DNA of 64,000 nt from a virus. Its lineage: Duplodnaviria > Caudoviricetes. Shown here in pieces: positions 34,738-44,860 of the stretch (the stretch's first letter is position 1; each line of letters starts with the position of its first letter). A program made the position numbers and the translations under genes. Where the stretch lies: positions 648-64,647 of the IMG/VR virus record IMGVR_UViG_3300015245_000006; one strand, 5' to 3'. The notes beneath the pieces are model-generated. The model made no database searches, had not been told where the DNA came from, and saw only the letters and a list, made by a program, of their open reading frames with translations.

Positions 34738-37278
34738 ATGCTGCGTGCCACGCCGCCTGGTGAAGACGGAGTTCTGAAATCGGGCCCTACGCCGTCTGAC
34801 AATATCATTGGGCGCGCCTCGCGCGCAGTCGCGCTTGCGGAAGAAGGTCACGGCGAAGCCGGGATGCCGTTTGCGGAAGACGAGGTCCCGTTCGACGAGG
34901 TCCCGACCGACGACGAGTTCCTGCAGATGGTCTACGAGGCCGATGCGCAGTCGCTCCAATACATCAATCAGGTCAATCGCGATCAGTGGGAGCGCGGCTA
35001 CCGCGCCTACCATCAGGAGCACTTCTCCGAATCGAAGTATCGCACGCGCGATTACCAGAACCGCTCCAAACTGTTCGTGCCGAAGACCCGCACCTCGGTG
35101 CGCAAGGACATGGCAGCGACCGCTGCCTCTCTGTTCGGCTCGATTGATGCCGTCAACTGCATGGCCGGCAACGAGGGCGATCCGCGTCAGCGGGGCTCTG
35201 CCGCCGTCATCAAGGAGCTGGTGAACTACCGGACCGATCGCGCCACCGGCAAAGCCTCGATCCCGTGGTTTCATGTAGCGCTCGGCGCGCGCCAGACCTC
35301 GCTCATCACCGGGATCTGCCTGTCCAAGCAGAGCTGGAAGCTCGAACTTCGACGAAGCGGCACCGAGAAGTTCCGTGATGACGACGAGGACCCTGACGAA
35401 GAGGAGAAAGAGCGCGACGTCTGGGAGCCCGATGTCGATCGGCCGGAATCGGAACTGATCCCGCCCGAGAACTTCGTGATTGATCCGGCGGCCGACTGGC
35501 GCAACCCGGCGCAGGACGCGGCCTATACGATCCTGAAGTACCCGATGCGGCTCGACGAGATCAGGCGCAGGCAGCGCGACCCACGCAACCCGTGGAAGTA
35601 CATCGACGAGAACACGCTGAAGTCGTCCGGCGAGGGCGCCCAGCAGCAGATGGAGGCGATCCGCAGGGCCCGCGAGCAAGGCCTCGACCGCTTCGACAAC
35701 ACGCAGACCACACGGCATTTCGACGTGATCTGGGTCTGGGAGACCTTTATGCGGGTGGCCGGCGAAGATTGGACCTTCGTCTCGATCGGCAACAAGCATA
35801 TGCTGACAGACCCGCGTCCGGTCCGCGAAGTCTATCCCGAGCAATTCGGTGAAAGGCCCCTCGTGCTCGGCTACGGCTCGCTCGAAGCATTCCGCATCTT
35901 CCCGATGTCGAATGTCGAAAGCTGGCAGATGCTTCAGCAGGAAGCCAACGACATTCGCAACTTATCGCTGGACGCGCTCAAGCAGAACATCATGCCGGTG
36001 ACGAAGGTGGTGCGCGGGCGAAATGTCGACCTGGACCAGCTCAAGCGCCGCGGCCAGGGCTCCTCGATCCTGGTGACCGACAAGGATGACGTCACCTGGG
36101 AACAGACGCCGACGTTTCCGCAAGCCGTCGTCACGATGACGGAGAAACTCGATATCGAGTTCGATGACCTCGCCGGCCAGCAGAATTACGGCACGGTCCA
36201 GAACAACAACAACCTCGGCAAGACGCTCGGCGGATTGAAGCTCGCGGCGGGCGCGGCCAATGCGGTGCAGGAATACGATATCCGGATCTGGATCGAGACC
36301 TGGTGCGAGCCGGTGCTGACGCAAATCGTGCGGCTCGAACAGTTCTACGAGTCGGACCCGGTCATCCTCGGCATTTGCGGCGAGCGCGCCAAGCTGTTCG
36401 AAAAGCACGGCATCAACAAGATCGATGACGAGCTCTTGGAGAACAACGTCACGGTTCGCGTCAACGTCGGACTTGGCGCTGGAGATCCCGAGCAGCGCCT
36501 CGCGAAGTTCAACAGCGCCACCCAGATCGCGCTGCCGCTGCTCGAACTGTCTCCGGAGTTCAAGACCGGCAAGAAGGTTATGGACTACGAAGCCGTCATG
36601 GAAGAGGTGTATGGCGCCGCCGGATATCGCGATGGCGGGCGCCGCTTCGTCAAGGACGGCCAACAGTCCGGCCCGAGCCCGGAACAGGATGCTACAGTCG
36701 ACAAGCTGAAGTCGGACGCGGAAAAGAATCGCTCGATGGGCAAGGCCGCAATCGTCAACGCGCTCTCCAACGCGGCGAAGGTCGGTATCGCCATCAGCAT
36801 GGAAGAGCGTCAGAAAATCCTCGATCTGTTCGACATGCACTACCGGCACGTCGACCAGATGGGCAGCGCGCTCGACCTCGGCCACAGCCACGGGCACGCA
36901 ATCGCCGACAGACAGAATGCCGCGAAGGGCCTCAACCCCGACGGCACTCCGATGCTTCCGCCGCCCGGTCAATCTCCTGCCGGCGGCGGGGCTGAGGGCG
37001 GGGGACCACCCGGCGACTCCACTGGAGTTGTGGCCGGTGGGGGCGCAGGTCCTCCGCCCGAGAATCCAGGCGCCGGCAATGCCGGCGTGGCGCCGCAAGA
37101 CCTCGGCAAACATGGCGTTCCGGCTGGAGATGCCGGCCAGCAGATCATGCAGGACCAAGCTGCCACGCAAGCCGGGCTTGAGAAGGGCCTGAAGAAGCCG
37201 GCGCGCAAGCGCACGGTCGCGATCACCAAGCGTGGCGCCGATGGTCGGGCCGCGGCTTTTGAAGTCACCGAGCACTAA
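34738..37278 (+). CDS. portal protein (P22/T7-like podovirus type)
   Basis: RSKLFVPKT, IPPENFVIDP, long helical core, Pro/Gly-rich tail; position after terL. Confidence 0.85.
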   Translation: MLRATPPGEDGVLKSGPTPSDNIIGRASRAVALAEEGHGEAGMPFAEDEVPFDEVPTDDEFLQMVYEADAQSLQYINQVNRDQWERGYRAYHQEHFSESKYRTRDYQNRSKLFVPKTRTSVRKDMAATAASLFGSIDAVNCMAGNEGDPRQRGSAAVIKELVNYRTDRATGKASIPWFHVALGARQTSLITGICLSKQSWKLELRRSGTEKFRDDDEDPDEEEKERDVWEPDVDRPESELIPPENFVIDPAADWRNPAQDAAYTILKYPMRLDEIRRRQRDPRNPWKYIDENTLKSSGEGAQQQMEAIRRAREQGLDRFDNTQTTRHFDVIWVWETFMRVAGEDWTFVSIGNKHMLTDPRPVREVYPEQFGERPLVLGYGSLEAFRIFPMSNVESWQMLQQEANDIRNLSLDALKQNIMPVTKVVRGRNVDLDQLKRRGQGSSILVTDKDDVTWEQTPTFPQAVVTMTEKLDIEFDDLAGQQNYGTVQNNNNLGKTLGGLKLAAGAANAVQEYDIRIWIETWCEPVLTQIVRLEQFYESDPVILGICGERAKLFEKHGINKIDDELLENNVTVRVNVGLGAGDPEQRLAKFNSATQIALPLLELSPEFKTGKKVMDYEAVMEEVYGAAGYRDGGRRFVKDGQQSGPSPEQDATVDKLKSDAEKNRSMGKAAIVNALSNAAKVGIAISMEERQKILDLFDMHYRHVDQMGSALDLGHSHGHAIADRQNAAKGLNPDGTPMLPPPGQSPAGGGAEGGGPPGDSTGVVAGGGAGPPPENPGAGNAGVAPQDLGKHGVPAGDAGQQIMQDQAATQAGLEKGLKKPARKRTVAITKRGADGRAAAFEVTEH

Positions 37279-37289
37279 GGAGAGACGTC

Positions 37290-37769
37290 GTGGCAATCTA
37301 TTCCGAGAGCAATAAGCTTGCCGGCGCCCAGCAGAACCTCTCTGCTTCGCCCGGCAAGACCCTGGTCAACCTGACCGCGCTGACTGGTGCGGCCACGCTG
37401 AAGCGCGGCTGGATCTACGAATGCGAAATCGGCGCCGATGGCGCGCCCAACGCCACCGATTGCGCAATCACCTGGGAGTTCATGCGCAACACCTCTGTTG
37501 GCACCGGCACGGCCGCGACGCCCTCGCCGACCGATCCGGCCGATACCGCCGCTGGCCTGGTCGCCACGGTTAACCATACTGCCGAACCTACCCTTGGCGT
37601 TTCGTTGATGGCGATAGCGCTCAACCAGCGCAACTCGCAACGCTGGATCGCGCGCGATGAGAAGTCGGCGTTGATCATTCCGGCGGTCACCGTCAACGGC
37701 ATCGGGTTACGGGCTTACTCGCCGACATATGCCTCGACCGGCGTTGCGACACTGTTCCACGCGGAGTAA
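37290..37769 (+). CDS. virion structural protein
   Basis: AAGGAG RBS; Ala/Thr-rich beta protein. Confidence 0.65.
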   Translation: MAIYSESNKLAGAQQNLSASPGKTLVNLTALTGAATLKRGWIYECEIGADGAPNATDCAITWEFMRNTSVGTGTAATPSPTDPADTAAGLVATVNHTAEPTLGVSLMAIALNQRNSQRWIARDEKSALIIPAVTVNGIGLRAYSPTYASTGVATLFHAE

Positions 37770-37774
37770 TTGCC

Positions 37775-38050
37775 GTGAGGCAACCGCAGGGTTATTCCAT
37801 CGTCACCGGACCCGGACCTGGCGCCGGTGAGTGCGATACCTTCACTTGCGCGCATTGCAACGGCGTCCGCTTCGTCAAGCCGATGACGCCCGCCGACCAG
37901 ATGCCGGATATCTGCCATCTGTGCGGCGACAAAACCCGGCCTTCGTTCATCTGTGAGCGATGCCGCGGCAAAGGCTGCGACCCGTTCGAAGAGAAACTGA
38001 AGCGGTGGGAAACGCGCGACCGCTTCCGACGCGAAATGCGGTGCGTCTAA
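37775..38050 (+). CDS. Cys-rich zinc-binding protein
   Basis: CAHC, CHLC, CERC. Confidence 0.7.
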   Translation: MRQPQGYSIVTGPGPGAGECDTFTCAHCNGVRFVKPMTPADQMPDICHLCGDKTRPSFICERCRGKGCDPFEEKLKRWETRDRFRREMRCV

Positions 38051-39085
38051 ATGGCCGCATGGCTCGACATCTGTCGTTATTTCCCGACGGCTGGCGGCAC
38101 GACTGATTGGACGTTCTCGGCTGCCGTCACTGGTTACGCCAGCCCGGCGCTGGCTGGCGTTGTCAACGGTCGGGCTTACAAGTACCGCGCCGAAAGCGGC
38201 GATCTGACCCAATGGGAATTGGGCGAGGGCACGTATAATACTGGCACCGGCGTCTTGACGCGAACCACAGTGCTTTACAATTCGGCTGGTACCGGCACTG
38301 CATCAGGGCAAAGCGGCGCTGGCACCAAGATCAACTTCTCCAGCGTACCCCAGGTCGCCATCGTCGCGCTGAAGGAAGACCTGATCTCGATAGAGGAGGC
38401 GAACGCCTTCACGACGGCGCAAAAGCTGCAAGCGCGAACCAACATTGGCGGTTCGCAAGCATTGTACACGCGGCAAGTTTTTGCGTCTGGCTCCGGCACC
38501 TATACGACACCGGCAAACTGCATCGCGATCAATGTCCGCATGGTTGGCGGCGGCGGTGGTGGCGGTGGCAGCGGAACAACTTCAGGAACAGCGGCAGGAG
38601 CAGGCGGTAACAGCACGTTTGGTTCAAGCTTCCTGACTGCTAATGGCGGCGGCGGGGGTGGTACCGCCGCCGCTTCTACAGGCGGAGGCAGCGCATCTGG
38701 CGGTGATATTGGTATTGCTGGAGGGGCCGGAGACCCAGGCGCAGGCGCAGGTGTTGGCAGCATCGCTACAACGGGCACGCCGTTTGGCAGAGGTGGAAAC
38801 TCCGTATTCGGAGGTGGAGCTGCTGCCCAATTCTCGGCGAATGCAGGCAACGCGGGTGTCACCAACTCCGGTGGCGGCGGCGGCGGCGGCATGGGCCCGA
38901 CGGCTGCTGGGCAAGGTGGTTCCGGTGGTGGCGCAGGCGGGTATCTTGAGAAGTTGATCTCGTCACCCAATGCAACATACGCTTATGCTGTCGGTGCTGC
39001 TGGCACTGCCGGTACCGCCGGCACATCCGGCCAGGCTGGCGGTGCTGGCGGTTCCGGCCTCATCATTGTCGACGAGTACTACTGA
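38051..39085 (+). CDS. glycine-rich fibre/spike protein
   Basis: QWELGEGTY N-domain; QARTNIG; GGGGGG runs; GGSGLIIVDEYY end. Confidence 0.8.
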   Translation: MAAWLDICRYFPTAGGTTDWTFSAAVTGYASPALAGVVNGRAYKYRAESGDLTQWELGEGTYNTGTGVLTRTTVLYNSAGTGTASGQSGAGTKINFSSVPQVAIVALKEDLISIEEANAFTTAQKLQARTNIGGSQALYTRQVFASGSGTYTTPANCIAINVRMVGGGGGGGGSGTTSGTAAGAGGNSTFGSSFLTANGGGGGGTAAASTGGGSASGGDIGIAGGAGDPGAGAGVGSIATTGTPFGRGGNSVFGGGAAAQFSANAGNAGVTNSGGGGGGGMGPTAAGQGGSGGGAGGYLEKLISSPNATYAYAVGAAGTAGTAGTSGQAGGAGGSGLIIVDEYY

Positions 39086-39099
39086 AACAGGAGACTGAA

Positions 39100-39603
39100 T
39101 TGGGTCAATCATTCCACGCCTATCCGAATGTCGCGCAAGCGATCGACCAGCCGCCGAATCCTTACTCCCGCGCCACGCCCTTGGCATGCGACACGCTGGA
39201 GTTCGACACGATCACTGCGACCGGCGCCGGCTACTTCGACACCGCAAGCCATTGTTACGTCGCCAACGTCGCACAAATCATGCGCTTCACCGCCCATCTG
39301 CTTTGGCAGACGCCACGACACGGCGGCATCATGAATGCATGGTTCATGAAGAATGTGCTGCCGCCGCCGGATGGTTCGATCGGGGGCGAAATGTGCGGCT
39401 GTGATGTGCAGGTCTATCAGCCGTCGCCGTACCCGCCCAACAACCAGTCTTGCTCTATCGAGCGGCTCATGAAGCTGAACCCAGGCGATCGGGTCTGGTG
39501 CGTGCCTGGCTTGGCCGGTGGCGGTCAATTGACGAACGCCATCGCCGGCAACAGCAACAACACCGTGAACTATTTCGAAGGCGAGCTTCTTCAGCTCCTA
39601 TGA
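39100..39603 (+). CDS. C1q/TNF-like beta-sandwich protein
   Basis: SFHAY...FDT...MKLNPGDRV...YFEGELL. Confidence 0.6.
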   Translation: MGQSFHAYPNVAQAIDQPPNPYSRATPLACDTLEFDTITATGAGYFDTASHCYVANVAQIMRFTAHLLWQTPRHGGIMNAWFMKNVLPPPDGSIGGEMCGCDVQVYQPSPYPPNNQSCSIERLMKLNPGDRVWCVPGLAGGGQLTNAIAGNSNNTVNYFEGELLQLL

Positions 39604-39617
39604 GCATCTGATATCAG

Positions 39618-40577
39618 ATGTCCATTCTCGGTTTTGATGCACTTGGTCGCCTCGCGCTCGGCGAGCTACCGCATCAAAACGATCGGCGAAGCAGCTTCTT
39701 CACGTGGGATGTCGGCCTTAAGACGAAGGGCCTGCCTGCTGCAATAATCGCTACGACGGTTTCGGGTTGGGTACCGCAACCGCCGCCAGTCGCAGTCGCT
39801 CCTCCTCCGGTCGGTGGTTACTTCTCGACCTTCAGCCAGCCGCCGCCGAAAGTCGGTATGCCGGTTGTGCTCCAGCCGCAGCCGGCATTCTGGATCTATC
39901 CGTTTGCGCCGACACCAGGCCCACTGGTGTTCTCGACCTTCGTCGAACGCTACACCAAGCCGCCGCTGCAAGTCGGCACCTGGGTTGCGTTCGAGCTGAC
40001 GCCACCGTTCGTCGCGACGTTTACCGGCTTCTTTCCGTTCGATCAGCCGTTCTTCAAGACGACGTACCGATCCTACGAGCAGCCAAGCCCGCTGTTCGAG
40101 GTGCGGCTGACACCGCCACCGCCATTCACGAGCTTCGCGAACTTCGGCCTACCGCAGCAGAAGCGCTTCACGTTCGCTAATCTGAGTTGGAATATCGATT
40201 TCAAGATCGAGCCGACTCCATTCCCAGGCGGCGGCACATCACGCCGGCTTCCGCAAGATGATGCGCACCGCCGCAAGCACCGCACCGGCTTTGAGCCGAT
40301 CAAGAAGCAGTTCGAGCGGCCGGTTATCGAAGCCCACCCGCTGCCGATTCCGAAGCGCAAGCTGCCAGCTCGGCCGCGTTCGTCAGATCCAACCGTTGAG
40401 ATCGTCGACAGCAGCGCTCTGCCAGATCTTCTGGCGCTCGAAGAGCGCGTGCTGCATGCGCAGGATATTGCCGACGTCAACCGCTTCCTTACTGAGATGG
40501 ACGCGGATGAACACGATGCCCAGGACATTGCCGATATCCTGGCCTTTCTCGATGGCCCACAACCCGACGAGAGCTAA
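39618..40577 (+). CDS. Pro/Phe-rich virion-associated protein
   Basis: MSILGFDALGRLALGELP; degenerate F..F.QP repeats. Confidence 0.6.
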   Translation: MSILGFDALGRLALGELPHQNDRRSSFFTWDVGLKTKGLPAAIIATTVSGWVPQPPPVAVAPPPVGGYFSTFSQPPPKVGMPVVLQPQPAFWIYPFAPTPGPLVFSTFVERYTKPPLQVGTWVAFELTPPFVATFTGFFPFDQPFFKTTYRSYEQPSPLFEVRLTPPPPFTSFANFGLPQQKRFTFANLSWNIDFKIEPTPFPGGGTSRRLPQDDAHRRKHRTGFEPIKKQFERPVIEAHPLPIPKRKLPARPRSSDPTVEIVDSSALPDLLALEERVLHAQDIADVNRFLTEMDADEHDAQDIADILAFLDGPQPDES

Positions 40578-40949
40578 ATGGACCCGTTAGACAAACTGTC
40601 GGACAGCGCGCTGGTCGCGCTGGCCGCAGACGTGATGGTGCAGCTCGAAAAGGGCACTGGCACCCGCCCAATCCTCTTCATGCTGCGCGAGGCGCGCGCG
40701 CGCGCGCGTAAGGCAATCAGCATGCTGATCGAGGCCGATCCGAACAATCCACCCGTGATCACGGCCCTGCAGAACGAGGTGAAGCTGTTCATCGATATGA
40801 TCGACAGCGCCAGGAACGTGCTCGATCGAGGCAAAGAGGCCGATCGAAAAATCAAGGAAGACGATCGCGCCGCTATCGACGAGATGGTTATGGGAATGAC
40901 CGATGAGGAACGACGTCTCTACCGTTTTGAACCGAGAGGAACAGATTGA
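40578..40949 (+). CDS. conserved small protein upstream of scaffold
   Basis: helical; LIEADP..ITALQNE. Confidence 0.7.
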   Translation: MDPLDKLSDSALVALAADVMVQLEKGTGTRPILFMLREARARARKAISMLIEADPNNPPVITALQNEVKLFIDMIDSARNVLDRGKEADRKIKEDDRAAIDEMVMGMTDEERRLYRFEPRGTD

Positions 40950-42214
40950 TGGCACCACAACCTGCCAAGCTCACTGCGCAAGACCGACTGGACAACGACG
41001 AGGCGCAGATTGGCGCGGCTGAAGACGCCGCCGGGGCCGGCAACGAACTCCAGCCGGCCAACCAGGGCCAGACCGAGATCGATCCGCTTGGTGGCGGGGT
41101 CGAACGTCGCGAGCCGATCCGGATGTCGCCGAAGGATGACATGCGCGCGCAGATCGCAGCAAAGTTCCGCCGTGTCGAGCCTGAGGATGAAGTGCCGTTC
41201 GATGGCGACATGAGCAACCCGGCCAACCTCTATGGCGAGTTCGGGCGGGCTGTCGATCCGGATGCCGATGAAGACCCCGATGACGCCGCGAGCGTTGTAG
41301 GCTCCAGGGAGCGCGTCGTCGCCGAACCGCAGGAGCGGGATGACGACCAGCAGCCGCGCATGATCACGCGCAAGGTGCGCGGGCGCGATGTAACGATGAG
41401 TGAAGACGAATGGCTCGACCGCGCGTCACAGGTGACCGCGGCGGACAGCTATCTCGAAGAGGCGCGCGAGACTCTCAAAGCCGCCAGAGAAATCAAGGCC
41501 GGGCGTGCGGCCCCAACCGATCAACACCCCGATCGGAAAGACAGCACGCATGACGATGAACTGGATCCTCCCGTTCTCGACGACGACACTCAACACCCCG
41601 AGACGTCGTTGCGAGACATTGTGGAGAAGATCCAGTTCGGGGATGTGGACGAAGCCGCCGACCTGTTGGGTAAAGCCATCCAGCGGGAGGCCAAGAAGGA
41701 AGCCAAGACTGGCGCGTTGCAGACGGTATTCGACCAAGACCTGAAGCGATCCCAGAAGGCCCTGAAGGACTTCGGCACAGCCCACCCCGAGCTTGCCGAC
41801 GACGAGGATGCAGCAATGCTGATCGAACGTCGCATGTACATCCTTTACCGGGAGGACATGAAAAAGCTCGGTCTCGACGACAGCCAGATCCCGAAGGACA
41901 ACGCTGAGGCGGCCAATTGGCACCGCTTCTATCGTGTCAACGGGTACGAGGTGCGTCCCACTTCTGCGCTGCTCGAAGCCGCTGGCAAACACGTCAGCAA
42001 GCGGCTTGGTGTCGGACAGGTGGACCCGTCGAGCCAGCCTCAACGGAAAGAGAAGCCCCGCGTTGCAGTCAACGTGGATCGCGATGCTCGCCGTCAGAAC
42101 ATCCCTCTTCAACCCCAACGCGCTGTTGTGCCACGGCGTGACGTGGTCCCGGCCGCTCAAAAGGGCGGCTCGGCGATCGTCGCGGAAATGCGCAAGGCGC
42201 GCGGACAAGTATAG
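40946..42214 (+). CDS. capsid scaffolding protein
   Basis: acidic N-terminus, KVRGRDVTM, C-terminal EMRKARGQ; directly upstream of MCP. Confidence 0.75.
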   Translation: MMAPQPAKLTAQDRLDNDEAQIGAAEDAAGAGNELQPANQGQTEIDPLGGGVERREPIRMSPKDDMRAQIAAKFRRVEPEDEVPFDGDMSNPANLYGEFGRAVDPDADEDPDDAASVVGSRERVVAEPQERDDDQQPRMITRKVRGRDVTMSEDEWLDRASQVTAADSYLEEARETLKAAREIKAGRAAPTDQHPDRKDSTHDDELDPPVLDDDTQHPETSLRDIVEKIQFGDVDEAADLLGKAIQREAKKEAKTGALQTVFDQDLKRSQKALKDFGTAHPELADDEDAAMLIERRMYILYREDMKKLGLDDSQIPKDNAEAANWHRFYRVNGYEVRPTSALLEAAGKHVSKRLGVGQVDPSSQPQRKEKPRVAVNVDRDARRQNIPLQPQRAVVPRRDVVPAAQKGGSAIVAEMRKARGQV

Positions 42215-42230
42215 AAAGGACTTTACTGCC

Positions 42231-43223
42231 ATGGTCGGTCAAACTTGGACCGTGCCTGCCGAAGGCGGCTTCATGTATTCTGACGAGCTTTCGTCGGTGC
42301 TGCGCCAGCAGGTGCAGCCCTTGACGAAGTTCCGTCAGCTCTGCGACGCCCAGGACGGCACCCAGAAGGGCCTCAACCGCGGTGAAAACTTCAACTGGAA
42401 CGTCTATTCCAACGTCGGCACCCAAGGTCGCCGGCTCGCGGAAAACTCGACGATGCCGGAAACTGGTTTCACCGTCATTCAGCACTCGCTCAAGGTCACG
42501 GAGGCTGGCAACAGCGTTCCTTATACCGGCAAGCTGACTGCTCTCGCCAAGCAGGACGTCATCACCATCATCGACAAGACGCTGAAGGACGATGCTCGAA
42601 AGTATTTCGACATCGAGGCGTTCTTGCAGATGAAGACGACGCCATTGCGCGCCGAACCGGCGGGTGGCAACTCGCCGACCGCCATCCAGCTCGATACCAA
42701 CGGCACCCCGTCGCAGACCAACAACCTGGCCTACGGCACCGGTCACACCAAGGCGATCGGCGACGCAATGAAAGAGCGGAACATTCCGCCCTACATCATG
42801 GATGACTACGTGGCGATCAGCCATCCGTCGACCTGGCGTCCGCTGAAGAACACGCTTGAGACGCTGCATCAGTACACGGAGACGGGTCTGGCGCACATCT
42901 TCAACGGCGAGATCGGCCGCTATGAATCGTTCCGGTTCATCGAGCAGACGTTCATCCCGAAGGGCGGCGCGTTCAACTCCACCACTTACGACCCCTGGAG
43001 CGGCACCGCTGCCCCGTGGGCCAACGGTCTGTCGTCGTGGGCATTCCACCTCGGCGCGGACACCGTTACCGAGGCCATCTGCGTTCCGGAAGAGATCCGG
43101 GCGAAGATCCCTGGCGACTTCGGACGTTCGAAGGGCATCGCCTGGTACTACCTCGGTGGGTTTGGCCTCGTGCATCCCGACGCGCTGAATGCGCGCGTTG
43201 TGATGTGGGACTCCGCGACCTGA
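42231..43223 (+). CDS. major capsid protein (N4 gp56-like HK97 fold)
   Basis: KFRQLCD, EAGNSVPYTG, NGEIGRYESFRFIEQ, DFGRSKGIAWY; AAAGGA RBS. Confidence 0.85.
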   Translation: MVGQTWTVPAEGGFMYSDELSSVLRQQVQPLTKFRQLCDAQDGTQKGLNRGENFNWNVYSNVGTQGRRLAENSTMPETGFTVIQHSLKVTEAGNSVPYTGKLTALAKQDVITIIDKTLKDDARKYFDIEAFLQMKTTPLRAEPAGGNSPTAIQLDTNGTPSQTNNLAYGTGHTKAIGDAMKERNIPPYIMDDYVAISHPSTWRPLKNTLETLHQYTETGLAHIFNGEIGRYESFRFIEQTFIPKGGAFNSTTYDPWSGTAAPWANGLSSWAFHLGADTVTEAICVPEEIRAKIPGDFGRSKGIAWYYLGGFGLVHPDALNARVVMWDSAT

Positions 43224-43274
43224 TCTGATCCGGTCAGGCTGTAAGTCAACCCTTCGAGAAAGGAAACTGAGACT

Positions 43275-43790
43275 ATGTCTTACGAACTCGTTGGCGCCTT
43301 CCGTGAACGCTATCTGATCCCCGCGTTCGCCTTCGGCGCTGCCACGGCCTCGCGGACCCTTCAAGGTCCGCCTGGCCGCAAAGGTCTGGTTCGCGATATC
43401 CTCGCGACCGTGACCGCTGCCATGGTCGGCACCACCACCGTTCCGGAAATCCGGGTCGGCACCGCGCAGAGCGACAATTCGTTCGCCCGGTTCCTGCTCG
43501 GCACCACCGCGACGGCCGGTTACGGCACTGGCATCTTCCGAGCGCGATTCCTGTGCCAAGCCGCACAGAATCGCTTCGGCAACTTCCCGACGCGGCTCGC
43601 AGACTTCGCCAACCATATCTTCCTGGAAGGCAACAACACGAGCGGCTCGGTGACGCTGCCCGGCACGGCGGACAACCAGACGTTCGTCTTTGTGACGGCG
43701 GACACTCCGTTCTTCATCACCGGCGTCGCCGGTGTTGGTGGCGCGCCGGCCGGCACCGCGGACATCTACGTCGACATCGACTGGTTCTGA
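43275..43790 (+). CDS. capsid decoration/cement-like protein
   Basis: follows MCP; beta-rich; ends YVDIDWF. Confidence 0.65.
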   Translation: MSYELVGAFRERYLIPAFAFGAATASRTLQGPPGRKGLVRDILATVTAAMVGTTTVPEIRVGTAQSDNSFARFLLGTTATAGYGTGIFRARFLCQAAQNRFGNFPTRLADFANHIFLEGNNTSGSVTLPGTADNQTFVFVTADTPFFITGVAGVGGAPAGTADIYVDIDWF

Positions 43791-43802
43791 TATCATCGCA
43801 GG

Positions 43803-43830
43803 AGGGACCGGGCTCAAACCCGGCCCCTTC
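43803..43830 (+). terminator. GC-rich hairpin after capsid genes (weak terminator or processing stem)
   Basis: AGGGACCGGG-CTCAAA-CCCGGCCCCT; no U-tract. Confidence 0.35.
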
Positions 43831-43858
43831 ATCGCAACCGACGACGAAAGGCACCACA

Positions 43859-44098
43859 ATGCCAGACTATCTCTATGGAGGTGTCTACGACCGCTGGGGT
43901 TACACCCAGCGGAATGGGCTGCTGAAGGCTCTTCCACTCAACCCGCTCGAACCCAACGCCAAGACCATGGAGACGGGGAACGCGGGCCTGGATGGCTATT
44001 CAGTGCTCTCGCGCGCGGACCGTACCCACGGCGAGCGCACCATCGCCCACACCGAGCCTTTCTTTGAGGCTCCGAAAAACAGCGAGGACATGTCTTGA
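43859..44098 (+). CDS. hypothetical protein
   Basis: AAAGG RBS; MPDYLYGG. Confidence 0.6.
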   Translation: MPDYLYGGVYDRWGYTQRNGLLKALPLNPLEPNAKTMETGNAGLDGYSVLSRADRTHGERTIAHTEPFFEAPKNSEDMS

Positions 44099-44367
44099 CC
44101 AGCTATCCGAAGGAAAACAACGTCTTCACCACCAATTCGATCGGTGGCAAGCCGGGCGACTCCGACGGTCTGATCCGGAAGAAAGTTCCGGGCGGCACGT
44201 TGTTGTCCGCCTATCCGCAGGACAACATCCATGGTGTCAGCCTGCCTGACTGCCATGGCGGCTCGTTCGGCGGCAGCGACTCCAACCTCAAGCATTCGTT
44301 GAGCGGCGCCGGCATGGTTGTCGACGAGTATCCGCGCGACGGAACCAACTCCAAGAAGGAGATCTGA
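44095..44367 (+). CDS. hypothetical protein
   Basis: GAGGA RBS; TTG start. Confidence 0.55.
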   Translation: MTSYPKENNVFTTNSIGGKPGDSDGLIRKKVPGGTLLSAYPQDNIHGVSLPDCHGGSFGGSDSNLKHSLSGAGMVVDEYPRDGTNSKKEI

Positions 44368-44369
44368 TC

Positions 44370-44858
44370 GTGGGTACCGCGCCACAACAACAGCCCATTG
44401 TTCGGCTCGACAAGTCGCGCGATTTCGCGACCGTGCACGGGGATCGCCCGCCGGGCGATCCCCACCTCAACGTCGGCTTCTATCAGAACGGCCTGCCCTA
44501 CAACTACGAAGAGAAGCTGATTGCCGACCACCCGGAGGTGGAGCGCGATCCGAAAAAGAAGGAGCTGGCCGAGAAACTCCTGAAGCGCGCCGCCAAGCAG
44601 GCCAAGAACAAGGTGGCGACCGCGGAGAACAGCGGCGATCCGCTCAACCTCAACGACCCCAAGGCACCGGTCAATCTCTCGGCCTGGGCCCGCGGCGAAC
44701 AGGATGTGGTCTGGCAGGAAGTGACCAATGCCATCGCCCGACGCTTCGCGGTCCGCGTCGGCAACAAGCGGGACGCGCTCGAACTTCTGCTTGAGGAAAA
44801 GATCGTCGCCAAGAACGATCTGTCCGACGAGCACCTCAAACTGCTCGATATCGACTGA
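44370..44858 (+). CDS. hypothetical protein
   Basis: AAGGAG RBS; LDKSRDFATVHG..FYQNG. Confidence 0.7.
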   Translation: MGTAPQQQPIVRLDKSRDFATVHGDRPPGDPHLNVGFYQNGLPYNYEEKLIADHPEVERDPKKKELAEKLLKRAAKQAKNKVATAENSGDPLNLNDPKAPVNLSAWARGEQDVVWQEVTNAIARRFAVRVGNKRDALELLLEEKIVAKNDLSDEHLKLLDID

Positions 44859-44860
44859 TC

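Noticed and set aside
42069-43937. Long antisense ORFs (e.g. 622 aa here, also 34183-35844 and 35962-37296)
   Set aside because: Shadow frames opposite well-supported GC3-rich genes.
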